Assembly (NCBI RefSeq): GCF_036323395.1
Contig: NZ_AP028907.1
Location: forward strand, 1-32,000
Reading direction: 5' to 3'
Length of the DNA stretch: 32,000 nucleotides
Source of the DNA: Pyrodictium abyssi
Lineage (GTDB): Archaea > Thermoproteota > Thermoprotei_A > Sulfolobales > Pyrodictiaceae
The position numbers and the translations under genes are program-made. Positions 1 through 9,152 of the stretch are shown in pieces (the first letter of the stretch is position 1; each line of letters opens with the position of its first letter). The notes under the pieces were generated by a model, which was given only the letters and a program-made list of their open reading frames with translations, was not told the origin of the DNA and made no database searches.

Positions 1-2
1 GC

Positions 3-503
3 AGAGGAGCCAGCAAAATAGTTAGAAAACTAAGAATTGATAAATATCGAGACGTGCGTGGACGTATAGACAGCTATAACAATAGTGCTATTTTTGCCGC
101 TCTTCACTGGTCCGGATTTAAGGCTCTAGGCTCAATACTGGTGGTTAGACGTAATGACCTACTGCACCCGAGAGAGATAGATGAAGAGGTAAGAGCCTTA
201 ATAGCTAGAGAACTAAAAGATAAATATTATGCTAAAGTATTTCTTGCCATCTTTGTACCGCAAGAACTTCCACCTAATATAGAGGATAAGCTAAATAAAC
301 TCGAAGAATTATTTGTAAATATACTCCATTGGCGCGAACATAAACAAAAGCTGCGGCTTAGCTTTAGCAAGCTGGCAAATATAGCAGCTACAACAGTTGG
401 TATAGAGGTCAATTCTGTGCGCAAACAGTTAGAAAATAAGCTAATAGAAACCATAAATAAAACTTGGGATGTAGTAAAAGATCTGCAATCTCTATATAGC
501 TGA
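3..503 (+). CDS. hypothetical protein, 5'-partial (frame open to the left window edge)
   Basis: Frame of the listed ORF 54..503 has no stop back to base 3 (RGASKIVRKLRIDKYRDVRGRIDSYNNS...). Clearly more AT-rich and Lys/Asn-rich than flanking genes. No family recognised. Confidence 0.6.
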   Translation, partial: RGASKIVRKLRIDKYRDVRGRIDSYNNSAIFAALHWSGFKALGSILVVRRNDLLHPREIDEEVRALIARELKDKYYAKVFLAIFVPQELPPNIEDKLNKLEELFVNILHWREHKQKLRLSFSKLANIAATTVGIEVNSVRKQLENKLIETINKTWDVVKDLQSLYS

Positions 504-519
504 ACCTTATAAGAAATAG

Positions 520-1470
520 CTACTTCAAAAGGTTCTGTATGTACCCCATGAACCCGAGTACGGAGTTTATTATCATGCGGTAGCCGTGGGGGCTCCCGCC
601 TAGCTTCTCGTAGAGCCGCGCGGTGTAGGGGTCGCGCTCGATTATCACTTCCAGGGTCTTCTCCGGGTCTAGGCCCTTGACTAGCGCCTCCCGTGCCGTC
701 TCCTCCCAGACGTCTATCTGCCACCGGTGCGTCTCTAGCAGCTGTGCTGGGCCGAGCCCGATGTGGGTGAACGCTATCCTGTCGGGGTTCTCGCTTGCCA
801 TGCGCCTTAGGCTTTCCCGGTACATGTCTAGGCGTAGGGGCGGCGGCGTGGTCGGGGCTAGGCCCTGGGAGCCGGGGTCGTACATGCCGGCTGAGTCGCC
901 GGGGAAGAGTATGCGCTCGCCGTGGGCCCCTGCGGGCTCTAGTAGTATGCTCTGGTGGTGGCTCGCGTGGCCCGGGGTGTGGATTACGCGTAGCCGGGCG
1001 CCGCCGATGGCTAGCTCCATTCCGTCGCTGGCCGCGTTCACGGTGCCGGCGGGGGCTGGCTCGGGCTCGCCGTAGAGGAGCGCTGTCTCCCCTAGGGCCT
1101 CCTGGGAGGCCTTCCAGAGCTTGGCTGGCTCGGCTATGTGGGGGGCGCCGCGGGGGTGAGCCCATATGCGGGCCTCTAGCCCCTGCTCCCTGAGTATCCT
1201 CGCGACGCGGCCGGCGCCGCCGCCGTGGTCTATGTGTACGTGTGTGAGGATTATCTCGACCCGGCGGCTCTCCGCCGCCTCCGCTACAGCGGCTGCGACG
1301 CGGTCTGCTACGGCCGCTGGCCCGGTCTCGATGACCGCTACTGCTGGGCCCCCGGCGTCTACTATGTAGACGCGTATGTAGTCTGCTCCGAAGCCCTCGG
1401 GCGTAGCGTCTAGGACGTGTAGCCGGGCGTAGCCTAGGTCTAGGGTCTCCCTCACAGCCATAGCGAGCAC
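520..1470 (-). CDS. metallo-beta-lactamase-fold hydrolase
   Basis: 316 aa; HxHxDH-type motif 'ILTHVHIDHGGGAG', downstream 'HTPGHASHHQSI' and 'LFPGDSAG'. Alternative ATG start at 1461. Confidence 0.85.
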   Translation of the reverse strand: MLAMAVRETLDLGYARLHVLDATPEGFGADYIRVYIVDAGGPAVAVIETGPAAVADRVAAAVAEAAESRRVEIILTHVHIDHGGGAGRVARILREQGLEARIWAHPRGAPHIAEPAKLWKASQEALGETALLYGEPEPAPAGTVNAASDGMELAIGGARLRVIHTPGHASHHQSILLEPAGAHGERILFPGDSAGMYDPGSQGLAPTTPPPLRLDMYRESLRRMASENPDRIAFTHIGLGPAQLLETHRWQIDVWEETAREALVKGLDPEKTLEVIIERDPYTARLYEKLGGSPHGYRMIINSVLGFMGYIQNLLK

Positions 1471-1553
1471 CTGCGGCTGGTACGCTGGATGGCCCGGGCT
1501 CTATTAGAGAATCGGCTCCCGGGGGCCGCTGCTGCGCCGGAGGCATGGCGCTG

Positions 1554-1562
1554 CTATATAAG
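1554..1562 (+). promoter_or_regulatory. putative TATA box (ctatataag) for SWIM-domain gene
   Basis: Archaeal TATA-like ctatataagg in the divergent intergenic region, about 60 nt upstream of the TTG start at 1618. Confidence 0.5.
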
Positions 1563-1617
1563 GGTGGAGCCGCGGAGATACACACTGTAGAGCGCCCTTG
1601 GCTGTGGTGTCTCTGCG

Positions 1618-2097
1618 TTGCTGAGGGCTTCCCCGGAGTACCGGTGGCTACGCAGACTAGGCGTGGAGGAGCGGGACATCATCCGGGCTATGCGGCTAGC
1701 CCGCCGCGCAGCCCTAGTGAGGAGCAACGATGAGGCAGTAGTGGCTGTGCCTAGCCAGCGGCTCGGGAGGCTGCCGCGGGAGCGCCTGGTGAGCCATAGC
1801 GACCTGCTAGCGCTGCTCCGGGGCGTTGGCCACCGCGTCGCTGTGGCCCGTGTGGGCAGGCTTCCGGAGGAGCAGCAGGTCTACATGGTGCGCGTGGCGC
1901 GGGGCGGCGCCTGGTGCAGCTGCCCAGCAACGCGGCTCGCTGGCGACCCGTTGTGCGTGCACCGCCTAGCGGCGGCTGTCGTGCTGTACCGGCGTGGCCG
2001 CCTCGACCTGCTCGAGTGGCTCCCGGCGGCCGTGGCGGCGAAAAAGAGGTGGAGGCGCGCCCGGAGAGGGAGACGCCCACCCCAGGGCGGCCGCTAG
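1618..2097 (+). CDS. SWIM zinc-finger domain protein
   Basis: 159 aa; 'WCSCPATRLAGDPLCVHRLAAAV' fits CxCx(n)CxH; basic C-terminal tail. Confidence 0.75.
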   Translation: MLRASPEYRWLRRLGVEERDIIRAMRLARRAALVRSNDEAVVAVPSQRLGRLPRERLVSHSDLLALLRGVGHRVAVARVGRLPEEQQVYMVRVARGGAWCSCPATRLAGDPLCVHRLAAAVVLYRRGRLDLLEWLPAAVAAKKRWRRARRGRRPPQGGR

Positions 2098-2606
2098 ATC
2101 TCCAGGATCTCGGCCTCCATGGTCTCCGTGTCTAGTAGCGCGACGGTCCTCCTGCCTGTTAGGCAGCCACAGGCCTCGCCAGGGTTGAGCACTAAGGTGG
2201 AGCCCATCCTCCTCACGTCCACCTCGTGGGTGTGGCCATATAGGACGGCGTCGTAGCGGCCGCTAGCGGCGAGCGCTTCTACGAACCCGCGCGTCTTCTC
2301 CGCTGGGCCGGTGCCGTGGAGCATTAGGATACGGCGGCCGGCTATCTCCACGGTGTGTGGCCACTCGTGTATCTCGTAGCCTAGGCTGGCTGCTACACGC
2401 TGTAGGCCGAGGCGCTCGCCGCAGTTATTACCGTAGACCGCTATGAGCCTCTTGACCCCATCCTCGCTGAACCGGCGGAGCGTGAAAGGGGCTACTATGT
2501 CGCCCAGGTGGAGGACCAGCTCAGCGCCACGCTCTACTAGGAGCCGGGCGGCCCGCCTAGCCGCCTCCTGGTTGTCGTGAGTGTCGCTCACAACGCCTAT
2601 TATCAC
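2094..2606 (-). CDS. YfcE/MJ0936-family metallophosphoesterase
   Basis: 170 aa; 'IGVVSDTHDNQEAARRAA', 'LVLHLGDIVA', 'VYGNNCGE', 'LMLHGTGP', 'LYGHTHEVDV', 'LNPGEACG' metallophosphoesterase motifs. Confidence 0.92.
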   Translation of the reverse strand: MIIGVVSDTHDNQEAARRAARLLVERGAELVLHLGDIVAPFTLRRFSEDGVKRLIAVYGNNCGERLGLQRVAASLGYEIHEWPHTVEIAGRRILMLHGTGPAEKTRGFVEALAASGRYDAVLYGHTHEVDVRRMGSTLVLNPGEACGCLTGRRTVALLDTETMEAEILEI

Positions 2607-2667
2607 GGGTCTACACCCCGGAGGGGCTTCCCCCTAGTGCTGGTCCACCCCCAGGGGTGAAGGCTCT

Positions 2668-2702
2668 AGCCCCCTTTTTCTCTAGGCGGCCCCTAGGGGG
2701 CT
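2668..2702. other. stem-loop (AGCCCCC ... GGGGGCT) with T5 in the loop
   Basis: Perfect 7-bp inverted arms at 2668..2674 and 2696..2702 in the intergenic region. Confidence 0.35.
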
Positions 2703-2769
2703 CTACAGGGACCACCTTTATCCCGTGCCAGCGCTTGTGCTTAGAGTATAACGTCGCGGTTGGGGAGTC

Positions 2770-3198
2770 TTGCTGCGTAGCCGTAGAGCTCGGCTGGCCT
2801 CGTTCTCTGCGCCGGTGCTCCTAGCCCTGCTAGCCGCCTACGCCGCTACGGCGGGCGACGGCATCCACGGGGCACACCGGGTCGCTGTACTCGCTGCCGC
2901 TGGCGCGGCCGCTTCTGTAGCGCTCAGCAGGAGGCAGAGCCGCAGCGACGAGCAGCTCGTGGTGGTAGAATCGGCGCTGGATGAGCGGGACGAGGCTATA
3001 CTAGAGCTGCTGCGGAGCCACGGCCCCATGGGGGTGAGCGATGTCGCAAGAAGCCTGGGCATAAGCAAGTCGACTGCCTCGAGGAAGCTACGAAAGCTAG
3101 CAGACATGGGGCTGGTAGAGAGAATCGTCGTGGACGGCTCGCCACAGTACCGTGCCAGGGCCACAGCGGATAGGGATAATGCGGATAGAAGCCGGTAG
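2770..3198 (+). CDS. membrane-anchored winged-helix (MarR/HTH-like) transcriptional regulator
   Basis: 142 aa; N-terminal hydrophobic helices (LASFSAPVLLALLAAYA; VAVLAAAGAAASVAL) then wHTH 'ERDEAILELLRSHGPMGVSDVARSLGISKSTASRKLRKLADMGLVERI'. Confidence 0.7.
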   Translation: MLRSRRARLASFSAPVLLALLAAYAATAGDGIHGAHRVAVLAAAGAAASVALSRRQSRSDEQLVVVESALDERDEAILELLRSHGPMGVSDVARSLGISKSTASRKLRKLADMGLVERIVVDGSPQYRARATADRDNADRSR

Positions 3199-3350
3199 GT
3201 GGGCCCCTGTCTCCCGCATAGGCTTCTACATTGAAGCTATTTATCATAGTTCTTACTAGTTATTGTCTCGATGTCTGTATTAGCGTGTTATGTCCGGATG
3301 TAGTACTGCTAGAGTATAATACTCCGGGTGCAGCTTAGTATTCTGTACTG

Positions 3351-4757
3351 GTGCCCCTGTTGGCGGATCCTGGTGTGTTCGTAGACCGTCTAGAGGAGCT
3401 TGAAACGCTAGAACGTCTGTGGAGGCTGAGAGAGCCGGGCCTCGTTGTGGTATACGGGAGGAGGCGTGTAGGGAAGACGCGCCTCGTCCTAGAGTGGCTC
3501 CGGGGTAAGCCTCACGCGTACTTCCAGGCTGGGCTCTGGAGCCACCAGCAGAACCTCGAAGGGCTGGCCCGGAGCCTGGAGGAGCAGCTGGGACTCGAGG
3601 GTCTCTCGAGGCTCGGGTTCCGTAGCCTCCGCGACTTGCTGCTGCTGGTCTCCCGGCTTCTCGGGGGCCGCCGAGCAGCCATAGTGATTGACGAGTTCAC
3701 CTACTGGCTAAGGGTCGCGCCGCCTGTGGCTGCTGACCTGCAGTGGTTTGTGGACCACGTGCTGCCCTCTACCGGGATCGTGCTGGTCCTATCGGGGAGC
3801 CTCGTGGGGCTCATGGAGCGGGAGGTTGTGGGCGGCGGGGCGCCTCTCTACGGGAGGGCGCGTGCCCGGCTACGGCTCGGGGAGTTGCAGCCTTGGTGCC
3901 TACCGTTCTTCGCGCCGAGGTACGGGCCCGAAGACCTCGTGCGGCTCTATGGGCTCCTGGGCGGGGTGCCGTACTACCTCCGGCTCGTCGACGACTCCCT
4001 GCCGCCCGTCGAGGCCTATCTGGGGCTCTTTGGGCCCAGCGGAGTCCTCGGGGATGAGCCTCTCTTCCTCCTCCGGGAGGAGTTCCGCGACCCCCATCCA
4101 TACCTCTCGCTAGTACGCGCGCTAGCCCAGGGGGCTACGGGCGTCAGCGAGGCAGCCTCCAGGGCCGGGATGCCAGCGAGCCACGCTTCGCGGTACCTGC
4201 GTGTACTCGTGGACCTGGGGCTTGTAGCGCGCGAGGCGCCGCTCTTCACGCGGAGAGCCTTCTACAGTGTAGCCGACCGTCTTCTACGCTCCTGGTTCTA
4301 CGTGGTCGAGCCGCTTTGGGGCAGGCTAGCCGAGGGGCTCACAAGCGCCCAGGAGGATGCGGGGAGGCGCGCTGAGCGCCTGGCTGCCGAGGCCTGGGAG
4401 CAGCTCGCAGCCAGGCACGCCCTAGCAGTGCTCTCTAGCAGGCTCGGCCTACAGCCCAGTCTTGCCGGCAGGCTTGTCCACCGGGGAGTAGAGGTGGACT
4501 ACGTGATCGTGGACGAGGAGAACAAGGCGGTGCTAGCCGTGGAGGCTAAGTGGTCCTCCCTAGGGCGCCGCGAGGTGGAGAAAACAGCCCGGGAGACAAT
4601 GGCTAAGCTCTACGCTGCGCTGCCCCGCCGCTACCACGGCTACCGCGTCCAAGTAGCGCTCTACCTACGCTCCGCCGAGGGCCCGGAACCGCAGGGAGCA
4701 GTAGTGGTGGAGCCGGGCGACCTGCCTTGGCGGGGCGGCTGCCCGTCCAGGGGCTAG
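3351..4757 (+). CDS. archaeal ATPase (PF01637-like AAA) with DUF234/PD-(D/E)XK-like C-terminal region
   Basis: 468 aa; Walker A 'VVYGRRRVGKTRLV', Walker B 'AAIVIDEFTYW', 'FYSVADRLLRSWFYVVEP' typical of DUF234 fusions, C-terminal 'EVDYVIVDEENKAVLAVEAKWS'. Confidence 0.88.
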   Translation: MPLLADPGVFVDRLEELETLERLWRLREPGLVVVYGRRRVGKTRLVLEWLRGKPHAYFQAGLWSHQQNLEGLARSLEEQLGLEGLSRLGFRSLRDLLLLVSRLLGGRRAAIVIDEFTYWLRVAPPVAADLQWFVDHVLPSTGIVLVLSGSLVGLMEREVVGGGAPLYGRARARLRLGELQPWCLPFFAPRYGPEDLVRLYGLLGGVPYYLRLVDDSLPPVEAYLGLFGPSGVLGDEPLFLLREEFRDPHPYLSLVRALAQGATGVSEAASRAGMPASHASRYLRVLVDLGLVAREAPLFTRRAFYSVADRLLRSWFYVVEPLWGRLAEGLTSAQEDAGRRAERLAAEAWEQLAARHALAVLSSRLGLQPSLAGRLVHRGVEVDYVIVDEENKAVLAVEAKWSSLGRREVEKTARETMAKLYAALPRRYHGYRVQVALYLRSAEGPEPQGAVVVEPGDLPWRGGCPSRG

Positions 4758-6586
4758 TGCTTCATCTTGGCCGCTGTTATCACAGTGTACTTGTGCTCCA
4801 GCAGCTCTCCTATGTCTAGCTTGACCCCGGTGGCCTCGACGTGTGCCCTGAGTATCTTCTCCAGCTCCTCAGCCTCGTCGCCGCGGAGGTAGCGGTACTC
4901 GGCCTGCGGGTAGCCCACATGGAGTACTCCCCAGAGCTTCGCTAGGCGGCTGAACTTGTCGCCTAGAGCCTTCTTTAGCTCGTCCACGGTCTGGCTCTGG
5001 AGGGCCTGGTACATCTGCTCTGTTGTTATCTCGCCGCGCGCCGCCATGGCCCTTATGTAGCGTTCTACCTGGCTGCGTGGCGGCGCCTTGCCTATGTGGC
5101 TTAGGGGTACGTGGCCCCGTATGTAGATCTTCCCGCCCACCATGCCGGTGGCTATGTAGCGGCCTACCCTGCCGAGCGCGACTATCGTGCCGCCCGCCAT
5201 GAACTCGCCTAGGTAGTCGCCAGCGTCGCCCCTGACTACTATGACTCCGCCCTTCATCTGTATTCCGAGCCTGTTGCCGGCGTCGCCGAGTATGTGTAGC
5301 TCGCCGCTCCTCATCGCCTGGCCGGCTGCGTCGCCCACGTTGCCGTACACGACGACCCGTGTGTCCTCCATGCTGTCGCCGAGGTCCTCCTGCGCGTCGC
5401 CGTATATCTTCACGTCTAGGCCGCTGGCCACGTTGAGGCTAGCGTTGCCCACGATGCCCCACAGCTCGAGCCGGCCGGGCCCGAGCCCGTTGGCGACGTA
5501 GCGGTGGCCCCTGAGGTTGTAGGCCGCGGCGTAGCCAGCGCGCTCGAGCATAGCTGCTAGCGCCTGGTTGAGCTCCGTCCGGGTCATGCGGCTGGCGTCT
5601 ACGGCCCAGGCCGGCGGCCTAGGGGGCTCCGGCAGCGTCCTGGCCTCGGTGAGGCCGCGTACCTCTATCTCGCCGTCGGGGTAGACTATGACGTAGCCTC
5701 CGCCGCGTAGCAGCCGGGGCCGGGCGCGCGGGTCCATAGCCTTCACGGCTGCTGCCTCGCTCGCTGCGTAGACGCGGTCCTCGGTTACGGCTACGTAGAG
5801 TGGGCGGAGGTGGTGCCGGTCCACGAAGGCCCCGAAGACGGGGCCCCGGGGCTCGCCGTGGATGAATATGACTGCGTGGGGGCCGTCTAGCCTAGCCCAG
5901 CGGGGCCCCTTGCCCTCGACCAGTATCTCGACTATGTCGTGGGCGTTGTAGCCGTCGCGGAAGAAGAGCTCCATGAGGTAGGCTATTACCTCGCTGTCGT
6001 TGCCAGTGAACCCGTTAAGCCCCATCCAGTACTTGACGAGCCGCCTGTTGGCGCCGTAGCTGCTCAGGTCGCCGTTGTGCACTATCACTGTCTCGCCGCT
6101 CGTGAAGGGGTGGGCGAGCCAGGGCTGGAACCCGGGGCTATTGGTGGGGTACCTGGTGTGGCCTATCCAGGCCTGCGCCCGGCGCCCCCATAGCTCGTAG
6201 ACGTCCGCCACCTCGCGGGGCCAGCCGATGCTCTTCCACACCTCGAGGAACCGGGCCGCCTGCAGCAGCCAAAGCCTGCCTACGACGCTGGCGGGCGGGT
6301 AGTCGAGGAGAAGCCTCTCGTCCACCGCTATCCCGTGGCCTAGCTCTGCTATCCTGCGGGGCCCCTCCTCCGTGAGCACGCCTAGCAGCTCCTCGGCCAC
6401 GGGTTCGTCGAGGCCTATCCTGGTGAACACCCTGGCGCGTACTAGGCCCCGTGGCTCCGGGCTGTAGGCAGCATAGCCGGCGCCGTGCTCGGTACCACGC
6501 TCCCTCATCGCCTCGAGGGCTTCTATGACGAGCCTGGACTCTACCTGGCTACCGTCGAGGCTGACTACTCCAGCTATGCCGCACAC
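4754..6586 (-). CDS. class-II glutamine amidotransferase domain fused to GXGXG (glutamate synthase alpha C-terminal) domain
   Basis: 610 aa; starts GTG-TGC 'MCGIAGVVSLDG' (N-terminal Cys nucleophile); 'RYPTNSPGFQPWLAHPF', 'VHNGDLSSYGANR'; C-terminal Gly-rich helix 'GNVGDAAGQAMRSGELHILGDAGNRLGIQMKGG'. Confidence 0.93.
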   Translation of the reverse strand: MCGIAGVVSLDGSQVESRLVIEALEAMRERGTEHGAGYAAYSPEPRGLVRARVFTRIGLDEPVAEELLGVLTEEGPRRIAELGHGIAVDERLLLDYPPASVVGRLWLLQAARFLEVWKSIGWPREVADVYELWGRRAQAWIGHTRYPTNSPGFQPWLAHPFTSGETVIVHNGDLSSYGANRRLVKYWMGLNGFTGNDSEVIAYLMELFFRDGYNAHDIVEILVEGKGPRWARLDGPHAVIFIHGEPRGPVFGAFVDRHHLRPLYVAVTEDRVYAASEAAAVKAMDPRARPRLLRGGGYVIVYPDGEIEVRGLTEARTLPEPPRPPAWAVDASRMTRTELNQALAAMLERAGYAAAYNLRGHRYVANGLGPGRLELWGIVGNASLNVASGLDVKIYGDAQEDLGDSMEDTRVVVYGNVGDAAGQAMRSGELHILGDAGNRLGIQMKGGVIVVRGDAGDYLGEFMAGGTIVALGRVGRYIATGMVGGKIYIRGHVPLSHIGKAPPRSQVERYIRAMAARGEITTEQMYQALQSQTVDELKKALGDKFSRLAKLWGVLHVGYPQAEYRYLRGDEAEELEKILRAHVEATGVKLDIGELLEHKYTVITAAKMKH

Positions 6587-6836
6587 GCCTAGGCCACCCC
6601 GGTAGCGCTAGTTAGGTGCTGCTGGCAGCCTCACCGCCCAAGGGGCCCTTCCCCGTGGAGGAGTGTGGCCCCTGGGCGCTCAGAGCAGCGTAGCAACAGG
6701 GGGTAAGTGGTGCCCCTTGGTGGGAGCCTAGGGGGCTGGAGAGGCCCGGGCAGGGTTATAAAGAGGCTCGGAGGGGCTGGGAGCCGCTTCTGCACCAGCT
6801 TCATGCCTCCCACCGTACAGATGTAGGCCCCGGGGG

Positions 6837-8948
6837 CTACTCGCCCGCCACGAGCACGTGTAGCCGCTGGGCCACCTCGCCGTCGAGGCTGCGGAGGAGC
6901 CACCGGTTGCCCTGGAGGCTCTGGTAGCTCGTCAACCCGCCCGCTCCCATCAGCAGCTTGAGCTCCCAGGTTATCGCTATCAGTGTGTTCTCGTAGGCCT
7001 CCCTCCTCCTCTCCGAGGGCCAGCCGGCTATCTTGCGGCTGAGCCAGCGGAAGGGCCTCCTGATTGACACCAGGTCGGCGCCGAGGGCGAGCAGCTTGTA
7101 GACGTCAGCCGCGCTACGGAGGTCGCCAGCAGCCACAATGGCTATGTCGCTCCTTATCCCGCTGCTCCACGCCTCGTCGTCGAGCCTTACCACCCACTCC
7201 TCTAGCCACGGCTTGGACCGGCCGCCGCGGCCGCGGAGCTCCTCGTCGACGACTATCAGCGTCGTGCCCTGTGGCGGCTCTATGCCGGGCGGCAGGGCTA
7301 TCGCGTAGGGCCTCTCCATCAACTCACACTCGAGCGGGTAGCCAAGCGCCTCAGCAGCCTCGGCGAGGGGCTCCTCGAGGCACGGGACGGCTATCGGCGC
7401 CTCGTAGACGGTCCCGTCGGGCAGCCTCACCGTGAGGTCTATCTCCTCGCGGTACGGGTCGACGCTGGGCCTTGTGACCTGCGCCGCCTCTATCCGGAGG
7501 AGGTCTAGCGGCCTCTCTGCTGGCGTCGTGTAGCCGGGCACGTAGCCGCCCATGCCGAGGACGGGGGTCTTAGCCTCCATGTAGACCTCGCGTGGCACTG
7601 GCTCGTCGCCGGGGTCGCTGTACCAGGCTATCTGCCCGGGCTCCGCGAGCTCTACGCCCACGACCTTCGCGACGTACTCGTCTGCGTTGTAGAGCTCGAG
7701 GAGGTCGCGGCGCCCAACGAGCTTCTGTAGGTTGTCCTCGCCTAGCGCGTAGGTTATCAGCTTCAGTGTCCTCTCTATCGCGCGTAGCCAGTTCACCACC
7801 CGGGCCACAGCCCAGTCTATATCTAGCTTGAGTACGCTGTCTATCGTGTTGGTGAGGGCCACGGGGCAGTTGCCAGTGTTGCATATGTGGCACATGATAC
7901 AGCCCATGGCTATGAGCGCTGCCGTGGATATGTTGGCCATGTTTGCGCCCAGCAGGATAAGCTTGGCTACGTCCTCGCCACTGGATATCATGCCACCGCC
8001 TATCACGAGGAAGCCGTCGCGTAGCCCGTTCTCCCGGAGCAGCCGGTCGGCCACCGGCACGGCGTAGTCCACTGGCATACCCACGTGGTCGCGGACTATC
8101 CGGGGCGTCGCGCCGGTGCCAGCCCCGGCACCGTCTATGATTATGCCCATGGCCGTGGCGCGGGCTGTGCCGAGAGTCACGAAGCCTACCTGGTTGGTTG
8201 CAGCCGTCTTGACGATGACGGGGCGGCCGGTGAGCTCGCGTAGCATCTTCACCCTCTGGGCCAGGTCCTCTATGCTGTAGATGTCGTGGTGCGGGGCGGG
8301 GCTCAGCGCCTCGCTCCCCGGGGGCAGCTTACGCAGCTTAGCTATCTCGCCCACGACCTTCCTCGCCGGGAGGTGCCCGCCTATACCCGGCTTAGCGCCC
8401 TGGCCTATCTTGATGTTGACTGCTAGGCCGCGACGCAACATGTACCTGTCTATGCCGAAGCGGCCGCTCGCCCACTGTATCACTATGTTCCTGCAGCGCG
8501 CAACCTCGGGGTGTAGCCCACCCTCGCCTACGCCCACCACTGCGCCGGCCGCGTCGGCTGCGCGCGCCAACGCTATGTTTGGGCGGCCGGAGAGCGCGCC
8601 GAAGCTCATGTCGCCCAGGTAAACGGGGACGCGGAGATGCACCTCGGCGAAGTCTACCCCAGCGTCCACGTCCAGTCTGTCTATCCCCTCGGGGCCCAGT
8701 TTCCGGGCGAGCTCGGAGAGCTCGCGGGGGTCGAGGTCGCGTATAGCGAGCCGGTCGAGGAGCCGGCCCCTAGCCCTCGGCCTGCTCAGTATCGTCCTCT
8801 CCACGCCGTGCTGCGCCGCGTACCTTATCGCCGTTATCCTGTCCTTGCTCCAAAACTCCTGGGTACGCCCGCCCCCCACGGGAGGCTTATAGCCCGCCAC
8901 GAGCTTTACGCTGGCAGACACGCTACAAGCCCCGGAGCAACTGCCCAC
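6837..8948 (-). CDS. FMN-binding glutamate synthase-related protein (archaeal GltB2-like)
   Basis: 703 aa; 'GDMSFGALSGRPNIALARAA', 'GEGGLHPE', 'KIGQGAKPGIGGHLPARKV', 'IIDGAGAGTGATPR', 'CIMCHICNTGNCPVAL' [Fe-S] motif. Exact start uncertain. Confidence 0.93.
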   Translation of the reverse strand: MGSCSGACSVSASVKLVAGYKPPVGGGRTQEFWSKDRITAIRYAAQHGVERTILSRPRARGRLLDRLAIRDLDPRELSELARKLGPEGIDRLDVDAGVDFAEVHLRVPVYLGDMSFGALSGRPNIALARAADAAGAVVGVGEGGLHPEVARCRNIVIQWASGRFGIDRYMLRRGLAVNIKIGQGAKPGIGGHLPARKVVGEIAKLRKLPPGSEALSPAPHHDIYSIEDLAQRVKMLRELTGRPVIVKTAATNQVGFVTLGTARATAMGIIIDGAGAGTGATPRIVRDHVGMPVDYAVPVADRLLRENGLRDGFLVIGGGMISSGEDVAKLILLGANMANISTAALIAMGCIMCHICNTGNCPVALTNTIDSVLKLDIDWAVARVVNWLRAIERTLKLITYALGEDNLQKLVGRRDLLELYNADEYVAKVVGVELAEPGQIAWYSDPGDEPVPREVYMEAKTPVLGMGGYVPGYTTPAERPLDLLRIEAAQVTRPSVDPYREEIDLTVRLPDGTVYEAPIAVPCLEEPLAEAAEALGYPLECELMERPYAIALPPGIEPPQGTTLIVVDEELRGRGGRSKPWLEEWVVRLDDEAWSSGIRSDIAIVAAGDLRSAADVYKLLALGADLVSIRRPFRWLSRKIAGWPSERRREAYENTLIAITWELKLLMGAGGLTSYQSLQGNRWLLRSLDGEVAQRLHVLVAGE

Positions 8949-9152
8949 AAGGAGCCCACAGTTATAACGATTGGCCCAGGGAGCACGGGTAGGACTCCCG
9001 GCCTAACGTGTTCCCGCATGCTTCTACACTATAGATGGCTCTGGAACGCTAGGCTTAAGTACAGCGTCTATGGTCGAACCACACCATCTATAACCCTCCG
9101 GCAGGCGATCACATACAACATAGCCTCGGGCAATAGGGAGGGCAGCACAGCC

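Noticed and set aside
227-1585. 452-aa minus-strand ORF
   Set aside because: Arg/Pro/Gly-rich low-complexity product, antisense/shifted to a clear MBL-fold gene and to the left-edge CDS; typical spurious ORF of GC-rich DNA.
8637-9152. N-terminal 172 residues of the listed 400-aa ORF
   Set aside because: Overlaps the start of the glutamate synthase gene antisense and has no conserved character; the membrane protein homology begins near the in-frame TTG at 9153.
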